Part shown: piece by piece, positions 38,752 to 52,600 of the stretch
How positions within the stretch are numbered: the stretch's first letter is position 1
Layout of the letters: each line of letters starts with the position of its first letter
From: Octopus bimaculoides
Taxonomy: Eukaryota
Length of the DNA stretch: 64,000 nucleotides
Reading direction: 5' to 3'
NCBI RefSeq assembly: GCF_001194135.2
Contig: NC_069005.1
Span: 1,164,478 to 1,228,477, forward strand
Notes under the pieces: model-generated
The model's database searches: none
The model's input: the letters and a program-made list of their open reading frames with translations, nothing else
Told to the model about the DNA's origin: nothing
Position numbers and translations under genes: made by a program

Positions 38752-40764
38752 GTTGTTGTTGTTGTTTTCTCTCCTCGATCAAAATCGGATTTCTCTTTCA
38801 GAATCTTTTTTTTTCCCAAGTAGGCCATCATCGAAGGAATTTTTACAAACTGTGGAATAGTCATTTCCCCATACCTCCCCCCTTCTCCTACTTTCTCTCT
38901 CTCTTTCCAACCTCCCATCTTTAATTCTAATTGTTTGTATTTAAATAACCCTACTTTCTCTTATGTTCCTTACTTTCTTCCAAACTCCCCCATCTCTATC
39001 CATCCATCCCTCTATCTATCTATCTATCTATCTCCATTCTAGTTTTACTACTTCCCATTCTTTTAATATTTTCTCTCTCACTTCATAATTGTTTGCTTTT
39101 AAAACACCCCCACCATTTTTTTTTTAATATTCATTTCTTTTCTTCTCATCATTTCTTCTTCCTCTCTCTCTTTCTCTCCCATCCACTTTCAATGTCCCCC
39201 CCCCGTTTTTTTCTCTCTCTCTCTCTTTCATAGTGGCTATGCAGATATTTGCCGTCGTGCATCTTGTTTAAATTGATACTTGCTGCCAATGCGACGTGAG
39301 TCGATGTTGATGCTGGTGGCGGTGGCGGTAGCTCTTAGCATCATCACCACCACCATCATCATCAATAGTAGTAATATGACTGTGTGCAACTTTCTCAATG
39401 TTGCTTGTTGTATTTTCATGTTTCACTTCAGAAGCGTCATCTCCTGCCCCCTTCTTCTTCTTCTTCTTCTTCTTCTTCCTCCTCCTCCCTTGCTGCACCC
39501 CCCTTTTTTCCCTATCCGTGCTGCTCCAAAACTTCAAGTGAAGACCTACTCAAACCCTCCGCCTCCTCTCTAAAATAATATTTATTCATGGTTTAGTAGT
39601 TCAGAGAATCTCAGTTGCTAGCTGTCTGTCCCTTACTAACTCTCTTCTCCATTCGTTTTATAATAAACACTTGGAAATTCTTCCGGCAATCCTGAAGCCA
39701 GGTAGATCTCGTTTTCACAAGTACAAACCATCAAATAACCATACATATAATTTATATGTGTGTTTGGGTTTTTTTTATTATTTATTTATTTTGGTTTTTG
39801 GGTTTTTTGGTTCCGACAATCACTTCTGAAAACCTATGTTTGCAAACATTCACTTGTCTTTAAAACGTTTGCTCGTCCCTCTTTTATTTGTTCTTTTACA
39901 CGAATATGGTGGTTTCTTTTCAAAAAAACCCACCATCAATAAAAACCATTCTTCGCCAAAACCACCGCTCTGCTGCAACTATAGAAATTTCAATAGTCTA
40001 TAATTAATTTATTTGCTCCTTTTTTTCTCTACTTCTTCCTCGCCACTAAGATTTTGGCTTTTTCCAATGCAGAGGTAAACAAGAGTCGAGATATGATTTG
40101 ATATTATATTCTGTTTATTTATGTTAATGGGGGAGCGAGATGATTTCGTACTAAACTATTTAAAATAAATCAAAGCTACTCCACCACACACACACACACA
40201 CTCCACCAAATGGAACTATGCTAGATATAGATGGAGATTTGTAGCTTTACGAACAATTTGTGATGTTACTGTTAGCATAAGTCACCAGCTGGTTGGTATT
40301 ACATCGCATCATCTCTCTCTCTCTCTCTCTCCACACACACGTGTGTGTATGTGTGCGCTTGTTCGCTCATATATGTGTGTGTGTGTGTGTACAAAGAGAG
40401 ATATACTCAAACTGTTATTAAATACATGTAACTCCAACTAAATGTGTTGAGTGCTACTTTTTTTCGTGTGTTTACTTTCGTGTGTGTGTCAGTCGTACTT
40501 GGCTCACAAACGACTTCGTCTGAGGTGGTGTGAAGTAATTACACCGTGAAAGACCTGCTCTAGCCATTTAACACACACAAGACTCGTATCCTTTATCGCA
40601 TTACTTCTCGAAATTTTCGTTGCACCTCTGTGGCCTTTGTCGTTGTTTCTCGAATCCCGCAGTGGTCCATCCACGATGAATTACTGTGTGTGTGTGTTTT
40701 AAATGGACTGATATGATCCTTTCAAAGCAATTTCGTTCTAAAACTAATTAGAAATTGGTTTGGG

Positions 40765-40803
<39 letters not shown>

Positions 40804-41101
40804 TTCTCTCCCATTTATATATATAATCTTCATATAACATCCGTTTTCCATGCTGACATGTGTTGCATGGTTTGACTGAAAACTGGTAGGCTGGGGAGTT
40901 TCACCAGGTTTCAGTCTGGATGCCCTTCCTAGCGCCAACCACTCCAAGAGTGTAGTCGTGATCTTTACATACCACCGGCACAGGTGCCAGTTACATAACA
41001 CCAGCATCAGCCACAACTACGATCTCACTTGGCTTGACAAGTCTTGTCGTGCATCGTATTTTGCCAAATGTTTTGGTCGCTTGTCACTGCTGCCACGAGG
41101 C

Positions 41102-41147
<46 letters not shown>

Positions 41148-42124
41148 AATATATGCTCACATATGCAGACAGATACACACACATTTCATTTCAAAGAAGC
41201 TATAGGGTGGTGCACAAGCACATGGCTCTGAGTGCATTGCATCTTATAGCAGAAACAGCTGGAAGCAAATGAAGTTGGTTACTTAATTCTTGTTCCTTTG
41301 TCATGAAAAGCAATGTCAACCTTGGTGGAATTTGAACTCAGAACGTAAAGACAGATGAAATACCGCTAAGCATTTCGCCCGGCATTCTAAGGATTCTGCC
41401 AACTTGTCGCCTTTATAATAATAATAATAATCCTTTCTACTAAAGGCAAAAATAGCTTGAAATGTTGGGGTGGGGGAAATAGTTGATTACATCGATCCCA
41501 GTACTCACCTGGTACTTATTTTATTGATCCCAAAAGGATGAAAGGCAAAGTGGACTTCAGCAGGTTCATTTTTCCATGCCTGCATGGGTCAGGTGAAATT
41601 TGTGGAAGCAGATTAGTGCATGGTATGGGTGAGTGATGTGTGGTGGTGGAGAGGGAGGAGAGATAATTTGGTTGCACAGAAAAGGTGATCAGAAGAAGAG
41701 TATTAAGACTGAAGGATGAATATGAAGGGAAATGGTTCCAAGTAGTGTGAAAGGTAAGTGGTAACATGGAAAAAACTGTTGGAACATGCAATTCTGTTCA
41801 CCTTTAATTATGGCAGCAGAATATTGCAGTTAGGCAGATAACAGAGGAATCAGTGACAGAGATAAGGCTTGACAAGGAAATTGCATAAGAGGTCCAGTTG
41901 TGCATCCATACATACTTGTATATATATATATATATGGGAGAATATACGAAAAAACAACAACAGACGAGGACAGGTGGTGTAAATAACAAAAGGATGTATT
42001 AGTATGACGCTCGGGAATACGGAAAATCTTTAACGTTTCGAGCTACGCTCTTCAACAGAAAGAATACGGAGACAAGGAGAAAAACACGGAGAAAAAAAAT
42101 TTAATAGTGTCCAGTCAACGGTCA

Positions 42125-42161
<37 letters not shown>

Positions 42162-45100
42162 TGTAATCCCTCACCATATCACGGTTTATTATTTAAGCTT
42201 ACGTCGATTCCTCCGTGGTGTTGTTTTGCATTTATAATAAAATAAATATATACAATTTTAAAAAATAATTAAAAAAAATATACAGTACAGTACTGTTTTT
42301 ACTTCGCAGATTTTCACCTGTTGTTGGGCGTTTTGGAATGTAACACCCACAATAGTTGAGGGATTACACTGTACATACGTATATATGTGTGTGTGTACTC
42401 ACACATTGTGCTTCCAGAATTTGAGTTTCTCCAAGTGGGTGAGACTTCTTGAGTTTCACATGTTGCCAATCACCCCAGCCCTTTATCATCTCCTGTGAGA
42501 TTCAAGGTCCTGAGATTAGCCTTCACGATATGTGCATACACATACAATTCAGTGGGAAATGGACAGAAGATGGTGGTGTGTGTATATATATATACACACA
42601 CACACATGCACATATATATATATNNNNNNNNNNNNNNNNNNNNNNNNNNNNNNNNNNNNNNNNNNNNNNNNNNNNNNNNNNNNNNNNNNNNNNNNNNNNN
42701 NNNNNNNNNNNNNNNNNNNNNNNNNNNNNNNNNNNNNNNNNNNNNNNNNNNNNNNNNNNNNNNNNNNNNNNNNNNNNNNNNNNNNNNNNNNATATATACA
42801 TACATGTATGTATATGTATATGGATGTATAGTTATTATGATATACATAATTTATTTTGGTTCATCTACTTCTCTATTAATGTACCACGTGTCCAGTTTAT
42901 TCTGTCAGTTGAAGTGGCCAGATGTTATGGGAAGTCTTCAGTGTTACATCCAACAATATAATGCATTTGTGGTATTCCATTTGTCTGCTACTCTGGGGTT
43001 TTCTGACATTAAGCCAGTATGAGGTTTATGTATTGTAAATGACATTAGCTGTGGGATTAAACCTAAATCATTAACAAGTTTACTCAACAATGACAGAAAC
43101 TCTTGTTTGGTCCTAAAGCAGGGACCTTGGCCGTGCTTCTTTATCATTAGTAGCCGACTAATCCAAGCTTTTCGAGTGATATCAAGATGATGGAAAGTGG
43201 GTGCAACTCTGTTGGTTTGTGTTATATCTTTTAAGTAGAAACTCACTATGGGGCATGCAAACAGCAGGAGACATCTTTAGAGGAAGAGCTACCATGAAGC
43301 AAGTGTTTTGGCCTGGTGACTCTTGAGACTCAAAGGGTGTTGGGCCCAACTAGGTCATGACTCTTAGGTATCTTCCTACAGTTTCTGGAATGCCTCGTCA
43401 CATGAACTTTGTCTCACAAATTCTTCCTAAGTGTTCAGAAGTTTGTTGGATGCTCATCTATGTACTAATTTAATTAGTAATTAAGTTGATTCTCGTTACT
43501 TCCAGCATTGGGGATCCACTGACTTGTATGGTGGCTTATGCATTGGCATTCAGCTTGATATTCATACTATCCACTTGAGAAACTCTGTAGAGAGACATGG
43601 ATTGACTAAATTACTACATGTTGAACATGCAGCTGAACAAGCAGAAGCAGTAGCAGCAGATGCACTACCCTGACACCACATGAAGCAAACAATATGTAAA
43701 GATCTATGGCATGACCACACGTATGTGCCAGTAAACAGGGCCAGGCCAAAAGGATTAACTGAAGCTGATCCACATCAGGTGCACTTACAACACTATCAAC
43801 CCCTCAAAGGGACATTTTTTATTCTACACACAGTAATATAGGTGATGGATACTCATTGATGAGGAATAAAGCTACATCTGTGTCTGTGTTAATAAGCAAC
43901 ACCTGAGCGATGATATGATCTATGATATCTTTAATTAGAGGAAAATATGGCTTGCAACAGCATCTCACTACCTTATATACGGCCATACATAAAAATCACA
44001 GCAAAACAGAGTTGCCTTCATCACAATTTGGGGGGCAGGAATACTGGTCACTCAGAGTGGGGTAGTTATTTATTCCATGTTTCAGAGTTTACTGGATGCT
44101 TTTCCATGGTATCAACACTAGTCAGCAGGTAATTTGCAAAACAAGACCCCCACCCCTCAACTGAGTGGTGTATGGAGTATTGTGATCTCTCTCTTGGTGA
44201 AAGCACTTCCTGATAGCCTGGATCGCGTCCCAACAGCTGGCCCTTCTTTTGAGGGCCAGAAGGATCCTTCTTACCCCAGTAGCTATTGTTACTCTACAAA
44301 GGTCACTTGAGGTCCTCACTGGAGTATTGCTCTGACACCTGGAGTGGTGCAGCTGTTGCTCACACGGACATGGAGACTGGATCCAGAAAAGAGCCTCTTG
44401 ACTGGTTGGCAAAAAATCACTGACAGACATACTTCTTATCTGGTTCCCTGCTCTGCTCTCTCCTCCCTGCCTTCTCTACCTCTACTATAATGGCCACTGT
44501 TCCTCAGACATGGCTGAGTTCATGACATGTCCACTCAGGCATTCCCATTCCATTTGTTTCTCTCCTCATCAGGCCCTGCACTAATTACTACACCCAATTC
44601 TTTTCTACCAACAATGTCAGCCGCCTCCCTCCCACCAATTCCTTTCCTGCTTTATATCTTTCTGTGCATCAATCTCTTAGATGGCCTGTAAATGCCATAG
44701 GTGCTGCTCCTTTCCCCAGACCCACTGGAAATTGTTCAAGGAGCACTTATCTCTGTTGGTAACAGTGAGTTTCTCTCTCTCTCTCTCTCTCTCAGTGAAA
44801 GACAGATTGTACAATGCTTGTATACAATGTGATGCTACATGGAAGTAAAATGCGAGCCTTGACCATGGAGGATTTACAAATGTTGCAAAGAAATGAAGTC
44901 ACATGACTCAAGAGTGACATTAGCAAACATGAATGACAAACGACGAATGAGCTGAGAGGAAACTGAGTGCAAAAGGTGTCAGATGTAGTCTGCAGTGGAG
45001 AAGAGGACTGATGTGTTAAGAAATTGGAAGGAACTTGTGGAAGATGGAGTCCAAGGAAGATATTAAACAAAGTGGTAAAGACTGATCCCAAGAGGGTGGA

Positions 45101-45865
45101 AGCACTCTGTTTCAGGTACCCCTCAAACCCATGGAAAAACAAGCTTTCTAATATTTAAAATTATTTCAGACTTTCTCATTAACACAGTGTTGTACATAAG
45201 ATATAATTGTGTAGTTACTGATGAGCCATCGAAAGCATAAAATCATCTCATTATCATTTAATGTCCGTTTTCTGTGCTGGCATGGGTTGGACGGTTTGAC
45301 TGGTAAGCTTGGGAGCTGCACCAGGTTTCTACAGTCGGATGACCTTCCTAATGCCAACCACTCCAAGTGCAGTGGGTGCTTTTTTATGTGCAACTGGCAT
45401 AGGTGCCAGTTATGAAACACCAGCATTAGCCATGACTACGATCTCACATGGCTTGACCACAAGCACAGTATATTGCCAAAGGTCTTGGTCACTTGTCACT
45501 GCCTCCATGAGGCCCAAGTGTCACCAGCACAGGTGACACCAATGCCACACTGGCATTGGTCTAGACTACAATTTCACTTGGCTTGAGTTTTCTCAAGCAC
45601 AGCATATCACCCAACATTGAAGGGTGCTTTGTACATACCAGTTACTTCGGTAATAGTTTAATCCATGACTGCTTTATATAATAGTTGAATATTAAATGCC
45701 TTGGATTAGGAAAGGAAATTGGAAACCTCTTATCTAAGGAGTGGCTATAAGCTGCGAAACAGAATATTGAAAGCATAGAAGGAATGTTTTTACAATCTTA
45801 TTACTTCCTTATCATGGCAAAAGCTTTCTAAAATATAATTACGTGTGTTTGTGCTTATATGTTTT

Positions 45866-45904
<39 letters not shown>

Positions 45905-48625
45905 GCACATATATAGACGTACTTGTCAGAATGTGTGTGTTTGCAGTCACTATTGTTATTTTATGTCTGCTTTCCATGCTAGCATGGGTTTGATGGCTTG
46001 TCGTATTCGAAGTGAATTCTTATTTGTATCGGCAGCCTTCCTCGTGGTTCTTATTCTCATGTCATACGTTGTGAGCCATCAGTGCTGTGCTTCTTGAGAC
46101 CCTTGCTACCAGTTTCAAAATCTGGTTTGCTTTGCCTGCAATGGTGGATGGATCACCAATTGATGTAGTCCTTTATCATTTCCTCTCTGAAATGCCACAG
46201 CTGTCACTTCAGATCTGTCCCAAGTCTTCCTTGGTCTCCCTCTTCTGCTGGTTCCGTTCATTTTCAGCACAATGCACTCTTCATTATACAATTGTCTCCT
46301 TCAATACTCTTCACATACACATATCAATGCATCACTACATCTGATTCCTCTTCTGTTCAGTTTTTGTCTTACACGAATATTTCTACTCAGGCTTGCATCC
46401 TCTGAGAGCAATGAAGCTGGTATTCTCCATTGGATGTGCAATGTCAGTGTACTTATGTAACAGAGCACTGGTGTATTGAGAGAAAAAAGTTGGGCATAAG
46501 AGGAATTAGATGCAGTGGGCAAGAGAGAAGACTGCACTGGTTTGGCCATGCAGTGCATATAGAATGTAGGCAGCTGTGTTACAGAAGGGGACGGTATTTG
46601 TGGAAGAAGGAGACCCAGGAAGATAAGGGTCGAAGGAGATGACAAAGGACCGATATATGTGGCACCTTGCTGTATTCAAGACTTGTCCACCACAGAAGAA
46701 TTGGTACTGGGGTTGATGCCACATAAAAAGCACCCAGTACACTCTGGAATGGTTGGCGATGGGAAGGGCATCCAGCTATAGAAACCATGCTAGAACAGAC
46801 AATGGAGCCTGGTGTGACCCCTGGTCTTACCAGCTCCTGTAAAACCGTCCAATCCATGCCAGCTTGGAAAACGAACGTTAAATGATGACATACACACACA
46901 CACATATATATATACATACATTTACACATACATATACATATATTTACACATACAATACATACATATCTATATATATATACATACATACATATATTTACAC
47001 ATACAATACATACATATCTATATATATATACATACATATCTATATATATATACATACATACATACATATCTNNNNNNNNNNNNNNNNNNNNNNNNNNNNN
47101 NNNNNNNNNNNNNNNNNNNNNNNNNNNNNNNNNNNNNNNNNNNNNNNNNNNNNNNNNNNNNNNNNNNNNNNNNNNNNNNNNNNNNNNNNNNNNNNNNNNN
47201 NNNNNNNNNNNNNNNNNNNNNNNNNNNNNNNNNNNNNNNNNNNNNNNNNNNNNNNNNNNNNNNNNNNNNNNNNNNNNNNNNNNNNNNNNNNNNNNNNNNN
47301 NNNNNNNNNNNNNNNNNNNNNNNNNNNNNNNNNNNNNNNNNNNNNNNNNNNNNNNNNNNNNNNNNNNNNNNNNNNNNNNNNNNNNATATATATATATATA
47401 AAATCGTTTGCTGTATCTGTAGGATTTAGGCTGTTCTTAAAGAACGAATGTCTTCATGAAGACCCAACATCACGGTTCCACAGTGATCCTATAACGTAAA
47501 ACGCTCCGTAAACCGACATGAAAACTTGAAAAAAAGACATTAAATATGGCCAGTTTGAGTTTCTCTTGATTTTCTTGTAGTGACTAATTCGTTTTTGTGC
47601 GTGTGCGTACGGCTTCGATTTCTGATGACAGGAGGTCTAGAGGATAACATTTTTATTGTTATTGAATAAAGGCTGTTATGTTTGTTTATGGAGTTTGTAA
47701 TAATTGGTAGCAAATAGAAATTTATAAAATACGTATTTCCTTGTCTTCTCGCTGGATTTATCGAGGAAACGAACGAACGAACGAATGAATGAATGACTAG
47801 GAATGTGAAGATTTTTAGAAGCTTCTAAAAGTAAATATAGTTTTACATACACACATTTCACATTATTATAGGCATCTGTCCCCCCCCCACCACTCTCTCT
47901 CTCTCTCTCCATATCTATCTATCTATCTCCATATATATATATATATCTTTTAACGTCCATCTTCCAAGCCGGCATGGGTTGGGCTTATTCTCTAAAGATA
48001 GATGTGTAGGTTACATAAGTATATACATATATTATACATATATATTTTATTAATAATCGGCAGAAATTAGAGTGGCTCAAGGGCCGAGAGTTTCGTCCAT
48101 TGACACATACATACATACATACATACAAAAGGCTATGTATATGTGCATGTATGTATAATACGATATCAGTTTACGACGATAGTTATTATAGTGGTGGATG
48201 TTAAGACACGATGACTTATTTTGACTCACTTTTCCGATAACATTTCGTAATAGTAGTAGTAGTAGTAGATGGTGATGATGATGATTGCGTTGGTGGCGGC
48301 GGTGAGAGGGTATGCGATTAATATTTGATATTCAAGGAAGGTATAACAGGGTAAATTGGATGAATCAGTTCTCCCAATTCGTTGCTGAATTTTGCGTAAA
48401 GTTGGAGAAACTTGTTCGACACATGCATCCTTTCAGCTTCGATAGTTTATTGTGTTATCAACGTAACACTTGGGAAACATTTATTCAATGGCAGGATAGA
48501 AAGTTTACAGATGATATCAAACTTTTTTTTTTGCCTCCATCATGGCAGCAGCAGCAGTAGTAGTAGTAGTAGTTGTTGTAGGAGTAGTAATAGAGAACGT
48601 AGCTGTAGCAATACTTGTAATAGTT

Positions 48626-48657
<32 letters not shown>

Positions 48658-49640
48658 GGTAATAATAGTGCAGCTTAATGCAATCGAAATATGTCAGTTA
48701 CTGTTGCAACATCTTGCAAGGGCCCACTAACTGATATCAAAGCAATTAATTTGGTTCATTTAAAGTCTCCACTCTGTAAACCTTTATCCGCTTTCGAACA
48801 TTTAAATATGGACGTGTGTGTGTGTACATATATATATTATAGAGAGAAAGAAAGAAAGAGAGGGCGGGGGTTAATGACGTTTAACTGTATCTGAGTGTAG
48901 TGAAATAGAATAACTACTTTTCTATTGAATTTGTTTTTATTGGTGCATGTGTCCTCTTTGAGCTTTCTACCTGGAAAACCGATTAAAAATGAAAATAAGT
49001 TTTTCAAAAAATAAATTAAAAAATCAGTTTTATTTATATACATATATATACTTACATATATACATAAGCACCGGAATGGTTGAAAAAGATATTTTTCGTA
49101 ACTAAATTGCAGCTCTTTGCGTTGTATATGTGAACGTGTGTGTGTGTGTTAATATTTAGCAGAAGTAGCAGAGTGACTCAAGGTCCGAGAGTTTCGTGCG
49201 TACCTTAGTCACTTTTCTGCTAAATATTAATAAAAATATATACATATACTCATATTTCAAGTTCTGTTTTTTTTTTCATATTTGCATCAGCATACCTGTA
49301 TATATATAAACACATTCCACGCTGCAGTCACTGGTATATATATATATATATATATATATATANNNNNNNNNNNNNNNNNNNNNNNNNNNNNNNNNNNNNN
49401 NNNNNNNNNNNNNNNNNNNNNNNNNNNNNNNNNNNNNNNNNNNNNNNNNNNNNNNNNNNNNNNNNNNNNNNNNNNNNNNNNNNNNNNNNNNNNNNNNNNN
49501 NNNNNNNNNNNNNNNNNNNNNNNNNNNNNNNNNNNNNNNNNNNNNNNNNNNNNNNNNNNNNNNNNNNNNNNNNNNNNNNNNNNNNNNNNNNNNNNNNNNN
49601 NNNNNNNNNNNNNNNNNNNNNNNNNNNNNNNNNNNNNNNN

Positions 49641-49675
<35 letters not shown>

Positions 49676-52600
49676 GTATATATATGTGTATGTATGTATA
49701 TAATGTGTTATTAAGAACCCCCACGCATAGAGAAAGAGAAAATAAGTGCGTCTTTTATAAACAAGTGTCATATTTAAAGGTACAAGCGTACATCCGAATG
49801 CTTCGATTATGCATTTTTTTTTCAGCTAAATTAGTAATTGCTGGGGTGGGGACTAATTTATTGTACGTATTATAACTATTTCCAATTTAATTATATGTTC
49901 TGTAAACAAAAATTGGTAGATTTTTATAATTTTTAGTCTGGAAAACTTAGAAGAACTACCATCGCCAGGTAGATCGGCTGTTGAAAGAAGTAGCAGGCGA
50001 GAGGAGTTGCTTCGTTAGTTATATAGGCTGCTAAAATTAAATTCGATACTTAATTAAACTAGACACGCTTTATTTATTGTATATACTCTGATTAATCGAG
50101 TGTATATATATATATATATATTTGGTCGTTGTACGACATGTGACTGCTAAATGGACTTTGCTACTTCAGATCTAGAGTGAGAGAAAATGGGAAGTTGTGA
50201 TGTTCAAGTTTTTCCCAAATTAAACGGTTCTAACTTGATAATAGAAACTATACTGTATACTCAGCCCTACTACTAATCGTGCGATCGTTGCTTATATATN
50301 NNNNNNNNNTATATATATACATGTTATAATAGAAATAATCTCGTCGTTGGAATTATAATTGTGGAATTTTTATCTCTTAAATATCAAATTTTTTGTTTAA
50401 ACTAAAATGTTCACCATTTTGCGTCAAAAGAAAGAAAAAAATGAATCGGTATTTTGATAGAATTATGTCTAAAAGTTGTGAGCTAATAGAAAACCAAAGA
50501 CGTGTTTAAAATCTATATACGAGATATTTCGGTTTTGTCAAACTCACTGCTGTCGATTTTCAAAAAATCTGTTTTTAGACCCAAAACTTAAACCAGCACA
50601 CTGACCTAAAAACACTGCAAATAATTTAGTGATATTACTTTTGATAAAGTGGACAATAGAAAAGCCGAAAAGAAATTAATATTTAAAACAGTTTAATAGC
50701 CGTTAATTTATTTAATCATTTGGATGTGTTCTGAAGTATTTCAGGTCTACTTAAACTGTCTTATAAAACCGCTGTTCATAATTATCTTTTATGCATTAAC
50801 AAGTGATTAAAAAAGTGTAAAATAATGAATAAATAGGTTTCATTACTTTGTCAAGGAGTTGAATAATCTGTTTTTGTTTTTTTCTACAAACCATTTTACT
50901 GTAATTAGTTAAAAGAAGGTTTTTTTGTTTGATTACTTTTAAAATGGCTGAGCGATGTAGACTATCTATCGACTCATTGGACCTGAGTTCATGCCCCCTG
51001 TGGATATTTTGTATTTGAAAACAAAATTCTTTCTTATTTTAGCTAACTTGACAATGGGCAAGAAAGAAGAGTTTTCGAGACAACAATAGACAAGCAATTG
51101 TTTATAGAGAGACTTTAGTTTCCCATCTGCTCAATGCTACTACAGTGTTGTTATTTATTCCAAGTTAAACACCACCCTGTGGAGTATTATGGGTTTAGGG
51201 TTACTATTGTCTTGTTATAGTTTGTTTAGTTGAGAAAGTTTTGAATGAAGATGAAGGGGATAATTTAAAGAAAGTTGTAAACAATTAAAATGAATGTTTT
51301 AGATAGAGGTGTTTGAGGATTGAACCCAATCTTCTGCTTACCAATGGTTATTTTGGTTGTGTCTACTTAAAATATTAAACTTGCTTCTTTTAGTTCTTCA
51401 TTCGTGTTTCTTTAAAGTTATGATTCAGGAACCAAACAGAAGCTTCTTTCAGCACAAACATTGTGGTTTTGGTAAAGAACAAGCAAAGAACCACTGGAGA
51501 GAGGTCAGGGTTGAAATGGGAATCAAAAGACTTGGAACTTCTCAGGTTCTGGTAGCATGAAATTGCTTCTACACATTGTCACTAATTTTGGAAGAATTCT
51601 CTTGAATAATTCTGTAATAAATAAGGCAAATGATTGAGATAGAAAGTACAATTCAGGCTGAATTGCACCAAAATGTTTTTGTTAGGAATATTTTTGAAGG
51701 ACATTGATTTCTTGGATTAGCTCAAGACCACATATTTCAGAGAGCAGCACTATTCTTGGGTTTTTCTTAATTTATTGGTCATGAAGTGATGAAAGACAAA
51801 AATTGATCATTCGACTGTAGTAGGATGAAAGAGAGAATCTCTTAAACGTTTAGTCCTGTTGCATTCTGTTTTGGCCATTCTACTGATGTGCTGTCCCCTC
51901 TCTGCCTTTCCTATTCCTACTAATTTAAACTTGGAAAATAAATAACTAAAAACTAAATGCCAGAAATCATTTAGTCCTGTGCTCTAATGATTCTGCAATA
52001 ATAACGTCTAACATGGATTTAAAGCCAGAAATTTGGTGCTGGTGGTCAGTACATGAGATGAAAGCAAAGTAAACTTTGGTATGGTTTGAAATCAGGAAAT
52101 AGAAGAATAAACCCAAGGACTTTAATCAAACTATTGCAACCATTCCACTAGCTTTGTAATAGTACGAGTACAAACCGATTGACTATACAAGGAGTAAATG
52201 AAGAAGAACTGGGCAGCCTGAAAGGCTTATCTGACTCTGTGTGTGTGTTATGGCGAGGAGGAGTGTTGTATGGCTGTAAACGGTAAATGGAGGGACTAAC
52301 AGAAAAATAACAATTCCACTCTATACACATTGAAATTGGATTTTTTCCAGATGTTGTGAGTAATCCCAAGAAATGTCCTTGGTTTCCTCACGCTTCTCTG
52401 ACATGTCTTATTTCCTCACACTTTTTATTTATCAGTTTTGTCTGTTTGTCCATTCCATGAACACTTTATAGTTACACTTCATTTGCAAATTTCTTTTTAC
52501 AGAAAGTTATTGTCCAGATACTTCGTAAGGAGCTTGTAAACAAACAACAAACTTCTAATCAAGCATCAAGCCTTAATACAAATGCCTCCCAGCACGTAAG

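Noticed and set aside
40067-40080. ATG-CAG-AG|gtaaac as an alternative first coding exon
   Set aside because: It ends in phase 2, out of frame with exon 4.
5916-49875. Long ORF-track entries full of X, or of YI/CV/HT/ER/SL repeats
   Set aside because: They are artefacts of N-gaps and (AT)n, (GT)n, (CA)n, (GA)n microsatellites.
49937-50018. Protein-like string [26 protein letters not shown] after ttttag
   Set aside because: As an exon from the phase-0 donor it reads in another frame, is 32 nt and frameshifting, with a weak donor and no homology.
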